From assembly GCA_947491315.1 (NCBI GenBank), contig CANLII010000006.1, positions 27,301 to 91,300 of the forward strand: a stretch of DNA of 64,000 nucleotides, read 5' to 3'. The notes under the pieces were generated by a model, which had not been told where the DNA came from, searched no databases, and saw nothing but the letters and a program-made list of their open reading frames with translations. The number at the start of each line of letters is the position of its first letter. Position 1 is the stretch's first letter. A program made the translations under genes and the position numbers. The DNA comes from Ignavibacteria bacterium (lineage in GTDB: Bacteria > Bacteroidota > Ignavibacteria > Kapaibacteriales > UBA961). Shown here piece after piece: positions 61,301 through 64,000 of the stretch.

Positions 61301-61851
61301 AGAGGACTCATACCCAGAAACATGATGAGCGAAACACCGAGGGCTGACATAAACAGTAATAGAGCGCTCTTGCGTTCTTGTTCATCAATAACTTCATAAA
61401 AATTCTTTTCCCTACTTTTGCTCTCAACTTCATCGAAGGCAGCATTAATGAAAGGCAATGCCGAGAGTGGATATTGTTCTTTTTTCGACATCATTTGCAA
61501 TGCATTATGCAAAGTGTCTCGAATATCTTCAAAAATAGTACCAACACGATCTGCGATTGCAAAGTGTGTTTCTTCTTTTGAAGATCTCATTAATTGTCTA
61601 ATTGGAAAAAGGCTCAATATGCCAAGAGAACCTATTGATATGAGCAACCAAGCATAAAACAAGAATGTTCTGAATGCTATATTTCCATTGGCAAAAACTT
61701 CTATCCCTGAAAAAACAAGTAAAGTCATGATTGATATCAACAAAGCATGAAAAAAAGCAGTATTCAATTTGATGAATTGCTCTTTTTTATGAACAGAACG
61801 AAGTCTATCGATGACTTGTTCGGATGAATTGATTTGTGTGATATCCTGCAT
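58357..61851 (-). CDS. Very large membrane protein with N-terminal double-TM region and about 550-aa Q/K/E/M-rich coiled-coil low-complexity C-terminal half (DUF4175-like)
   Basis: 1164 aa. Two N-terminal TM helices, a beta-rich middle region, then an extreme compositional bias (MQ, KQ, EL repeats). Start lies 1 nt after the upstream DUF4159-like stop. Confidence 0.6.
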   Translation of the reverse strand: MQDITQINSSEQVIDRLRSVHKKEQFIKLNTAFFHALLISIMTLLVFSGIEVFANGNIAFRTFLFYAWLLISIGSLGILSLFPIRQLMRSSKEETHFAIADRVGTIFEDIRDTLHNALQMMSKKEQYPLSALPFINAAFDEVESKSREKNFYEVIDEQERKSALLLFMSALGVSLIMFLGMSPLRESLNRLIQYQQSFIPPAPYSLDISPINKTILRGSKEEILISVKGTLPPKIILHIKEEMQDTYDTIAIITDTAHIYRYQIPSAKASLSFYAHAEWLAEQVLSPKGNIQVIDRPEIRSLTGTVSPPGYSKQSGRTIDEQSADILALQGTSVKLIVDANKELSKAFILFLNPKLSGEEKASDVTLYDTVKIAMNVHAMKASGSFTITRDGEYCISIIDKDGRSNADPIHYSVTAISDNSPTISLIDPQGNGVLTESARLPITVHISDDYGFSSLKLYYRLIDSKYAPPMEKYASLSMPIPSGAGLSADISYTWDLNLIGIAPSDKYEFYIEIVDNNSVTGPGRARTGIIMVRLPSLDEVLSQADSVQDKALETLEKTAKEAEKIGKELEELQRELLKQDQSMEWKDVKNIENILKKQAELQKQLSEIGDQLQEMTNDLQEKNALSPETMQEYQKLQQLMKEINSPELRKAMEEMQKAMQQVDPEQMRQAMKNMKFNEEEFKKGIERTMNLLKRMQAEQKTDALIRRAEELAQKQDELTQRTENTNPKDAKERDELSKNQESLQKDMKDMASELKELEELMKELKQNMPMDELEKAKQELSEQETSKDMQEAQSDMQQGQMNSSAQKQKKASQSMKKFAKQMKQMKQEMKKNMNKEAIKQMQKSVQEALSLSKQEEAQKSRNQTLDFNSTQMPQSAQEQSKLQEQLSKMAAELMQLAQKSQSVTPEMVKEMSNAMQGMQKASEQLSQRNPQMASQSQAQAMNSLNKASIKMQDALNKLQGEGDGSCDNPGGNGDPKPGSGGFMQQLQNMAGMQQQINQGMPKPGSDGSLSPQQQQQLGRLAAQQGKAQQAMQELAKQQQDPSGKKKGLGDLQQIADEMQEVVSAMQNGMITPETKRRQDKILSRLLDANQSINERDYEMKREARSGQDLLGKSPPPLDLSTPESQQKAMQDVLRSLGKGYTKDYEIMIRQYFDRLQKMQGINR

Positions 61852-61852
61852 A

Positions 61853-62521
61853 TTATCTGCTCAATGCATAGACAATGATATTTGTTCCGATCTTTAAAGA
61901 TGCTTCTCTTTTTTCGGGTGGATCATGGTGAACATCTGGATCTGCCCACCCATCACTTGGATTGGTCTCATATGTGTAATACACACACAATTTACCCTCA
62001 TGAAAAAGACCCAAACCTTGAGGTGATTTAGCATCATGTTCATGAATTTTGGGAAGTCCATTTGGAAAAGTGTAATGAGCAGAATATAAAGGATGATCGA
62101 ATGGCAACTCGACAAACTTCTGATTTGGAAACACTTTACTCATCTCCTTTCTAATGGATGCATCCATTCCATAGTCATCGTCGATGTATAGAAATCCACC
62201 ATTCTCCAAATATACTCTCAGCCTTCTTGCTTCAGTATCTGTAAGATTCATGGTTCCATGTCCTGTCAGAAACAACAATGGATAGAGAAAGATATTATCT
62301 GTCGCCAAATCCACGAATTCATATATCGGTTCTGTCTGTATGGTTGTATGCTCATTCACATATTTCAATAAATTCACTTCTGAAGATTGATCATTGTACC
62401 AATCTCCGCCTCCCGAATATTTCACCCTGGCAAACTTAATCCTACTTGTGGTTTGCAATTGTGCTTCAAGTGTTACACACATAAGAAACATGAATAGGAA
62501 ATATGTTATTGTTTTTTTCAT
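61853..62521 (-). CDS. DUF4159-like secreted protein
   Basis: Signal peptide MKKTITYFLFMFLMCVTLEAQ (internal start). FARVKYSGGGDWYNDQSS and GGFLYIDDDYG resemble the DUF4159 family from memory. Start ATG overlaps the PGM stop (TGATG). Confidence 0.5.
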   Translation of the reverse strand: MKKTITYFLFMFLMCVTLEAQLQTTSRIKFARVKYSGGGDWYNDQSSEVNLLKYVNEHTTIQTEPIYEFVDLATDNIFLYPLLFLTGHGTMNLTDTEARRLRVYLENGGFLYIDDDYGMDASIRKEMSKVFPNQKFVELPFDHPLYSAHYTFPNGLPKIHEHDAKSPQGLGLFHEGKLCVYYTYETNPSDGWADPDVHHDPPEKREASLKIGTNIIVYALSR

Positions 62522-63879
62522 CAGTCCTGAAATTGCATCATGAGTGATTGAACATACAGTTGTACTACTTTCTCTTCTGGACATTCAACAATATATCGCA
62601 TAATCGGTTCGGTATTTGACATTCGTACATGCATCCATCCATCGGAGAATTGTATCCAGATGCCATCATCTTTACGAATCTCAATGATTGTACTTGCAAA
62701 ATGCCGTTCTATTCTCTGAAATATTTCATCTGCGGAGCCAGACCAAGGCATTTTTCCTTTGATCATATATGTTTTCGGCAGCATATCAGCCAATGTACTG
62801 AGAGATTTCCCTGTTTTCTTCATCAATGCAATGATGAGTGATATACCAATAAGAGAATCGCGTCCATAATGACATGCCGGGAGAATGACTCCACCGCTTC
62901 CCTCTCCACCAATGATGCAATCATATTCTTTCATCGCTTGCACCACATTGATTTCACCAACAGGAGTTCGATACACCTTCCAACCATTATTCTTAGCCAA
63001 TATCTCGCTCATGCTTGAAGTGGACATATTAATGGCGATTGAATGTGAATCTTGTTTCAAGTCAGCGCATTCAAGAATCGCCATGATACATAAGGCTATT
63101 GTTTTTTCCTCACCTATGGCATTTCCTTTTTCATCGATCAATACCAATCGATCCGCATCGGGATCCACGGCAATTCCGAGTTGAGCTGAATATTGCCGCA
63201 CGGCAGACATGAGATCTGTCAAATGCTGAGTCAATGGTTCAGGAGTATGAGGGAATTCACCCGTATTATCACAATACAGAGGAATGCACTCGCAGTCAAG
63301 AGATTCAAGCAAAGCAGGAACGAATGTGCTTCCCGAGGCATTCACTGCATCAACCACTGCACAAATGGGATATTTCACATGTGGTACTTCAATACCTAAA
63401 GCTTGAAGAGCAACATGAATCTTTGCAATGTGAGATTCCGAAGGATTTTCGATTATGCTACAAATTCCCGGATTGACATATTCCTGATTAGTTTTATTTT
63501 CAAGATATTTCCAGAAATCAAGATTTTCCTCAGCATTCAAAAATACACCTTCTGCATTGAGAAATTTCATTCCATTCCACTCACTTGGATTATGAGATGC
63601 AGTGATGGAAATTCCTCCAATTGCATTTGAGTGTTCGGTTTCAAGTTGTATTGTCGGCGTTGGAGCAATGCCCAATGATATAACAACTCTGCCATATGCA
63701 GTCAATGTGGAAATAACCACTTCTTCCATCCATAATCCTGAGGGACGGCCATCTCTTCCGATGACTATGGGTCCGGCTGGAAGATAAGCGGCAAAAGCCC
63801 TAGAATATGAAGCAATCAACTCTTGGGTCAATTCATCATTTGTAACTCTAAGCCCTGATATTGAGCGTATACATGCCAT
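62521..63879 (-). CDS. Phosphoglucomutase/phosphomannomutase family protein (alpha-D-phosphohexomutase)
   Basis: Active-site loop GISITASHNPSEWNGMKF (TASHNP). GEINV..DGDADR-like metal loop AVDPDADRLV. Start chosen at the internal Met (MACIRSISGLRV) 81 nt downstream of the ORF-track start. Confidence 0.85.
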   Translation of the reverse strand: MACIRSISGLRVTNDELTQELIASYSRAFAAYLPAGPIVIGRDGRPSGLWMEEVVISTLTAYGRVVISLGIAPTPTIQLETEHSNAIGGISITASHNPSEWNGMKFLNAEGVFLNAEENLDFWKYLENKTNQEYVNPGICSIIENPSESHIAKIHVALQALGIEVPHVKYPICAVVDAVNASGSTFVPALLESLDCECIPLYCDNTGEFPHTPEPLTQHLTDLMSAVRQYSAQLGIAVDPDADRLVLIDEKGNAIGEEKTIALCIMAILECADLKQDSHSIAINMSTSSMSEILAKNNGWKVYRTPVGEINVVQAMKEYDCIIGGEGSGGVILPACHYGRDSLIGISLIIALMKKTGKSLSTLADMLPKTYMIKGKMPWSGSADEIFQRIERHFASTIIEIRKDDGIWIQFSDGWMHVRMSNTEPIMRYIVECPEEKVVQLYVQSLMMQFQD

Positions 63880-63945
63880 TGTAATCTCAAATAGAATGCT
63901 GCAGAAAGGTCTTGCAAATATACCTTGTTCCACGATTATACAGTC

Positions 63946-63981
63946 AAAAAAAAAGGCCATCCGAATGTTCGAATGGCCTTT
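63946..63981 (-). terminator. Hairpin + T-run terminator (minus-strand sense) for a gene lying beyond the right edge of the window
   Basis: GGCCATCCGAATGTTCGAATGGCC imperfect palindrome preceded on the plus strand by A9, so on the minus strand it is followed by T9. Confidence 0.55.
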
Positions 63982-64000
63982 GATCCTTCTACTTGAAGAT

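Noticed and set aside
1-64000. Mobile elements, prophage or defence islands
   Set aside because: No transposase, integrase, RT, restriction/modification, toxin-antitoxin or phage structural motifs were seen in any frame. Intergenic space is minimal throughout.

Overview
This is a gene-dense (roughly 90% coding), AT-rich chromosomal segment. It probably comes from a Bacteroidota/Ignavibacteriota-like (FCB-group) diderm. Lineage clues are a 1571-aa protein ending in a type IX secretion (T9SS) C-terminal sorting domain, a Bacteroides-type sdhCAB (cytochrome b / flavoprotein / Fe-S), a TonB-dependent receptor with an N-terminal carboxypeptidase-regulatory-like domain, and TAnnTTTG-like -7 promoter motifs upstream of several genes.

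Content: housekeeping genes (partial Nramp/mntH at the left edge, gyrA flanked by two tRNA-Ser genes, class I fbaB, sdhCAB, icd, pyrG, ugd, ltaE, queG, pgeF, phosphogluco/mannomutase) interleaved with envelope-related operons. I found no CRISPR array, transposase, integrase or prophage genes. Several clean rho-independent terminators are present, two of them bidirectional.

The most interesting candidates are:
1. A tightly packed 7-gene minus-strand operon (54213..44973): TPR scaffold, OM beta-barrel, SPOR protein, TonB-C-like protein, small TM peptide, Ugd and a processive GT2 synthase. It looks like a split-component synthase-dependent uronic-acid exopolysaccharide secretion apparatus.
2. 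An orphan CcmF/NrfE-like heme lyase 3 nt downstream of a secreted TldD/PmbA-like metalloprotease, with a secreted chalcone-isomerase-like protein downstream of it.
3. A divergent pair of Tat-signal-bearing proteins that are normally cytoplasmic: an S66 LD-carboxypeptidase and a class-V PLP enzyme.
4. Tandem paralogous LCP-family lipoproteins followed by a degenerate heptamer repeat array.
5. A PGM / DUF4159-like / giant Q,K,E,M-rich DUF4175-like / two thioredoxin-fold proteins operon.

All calls come from reading the translated ORFs and DNA by eye. No database searches were run.
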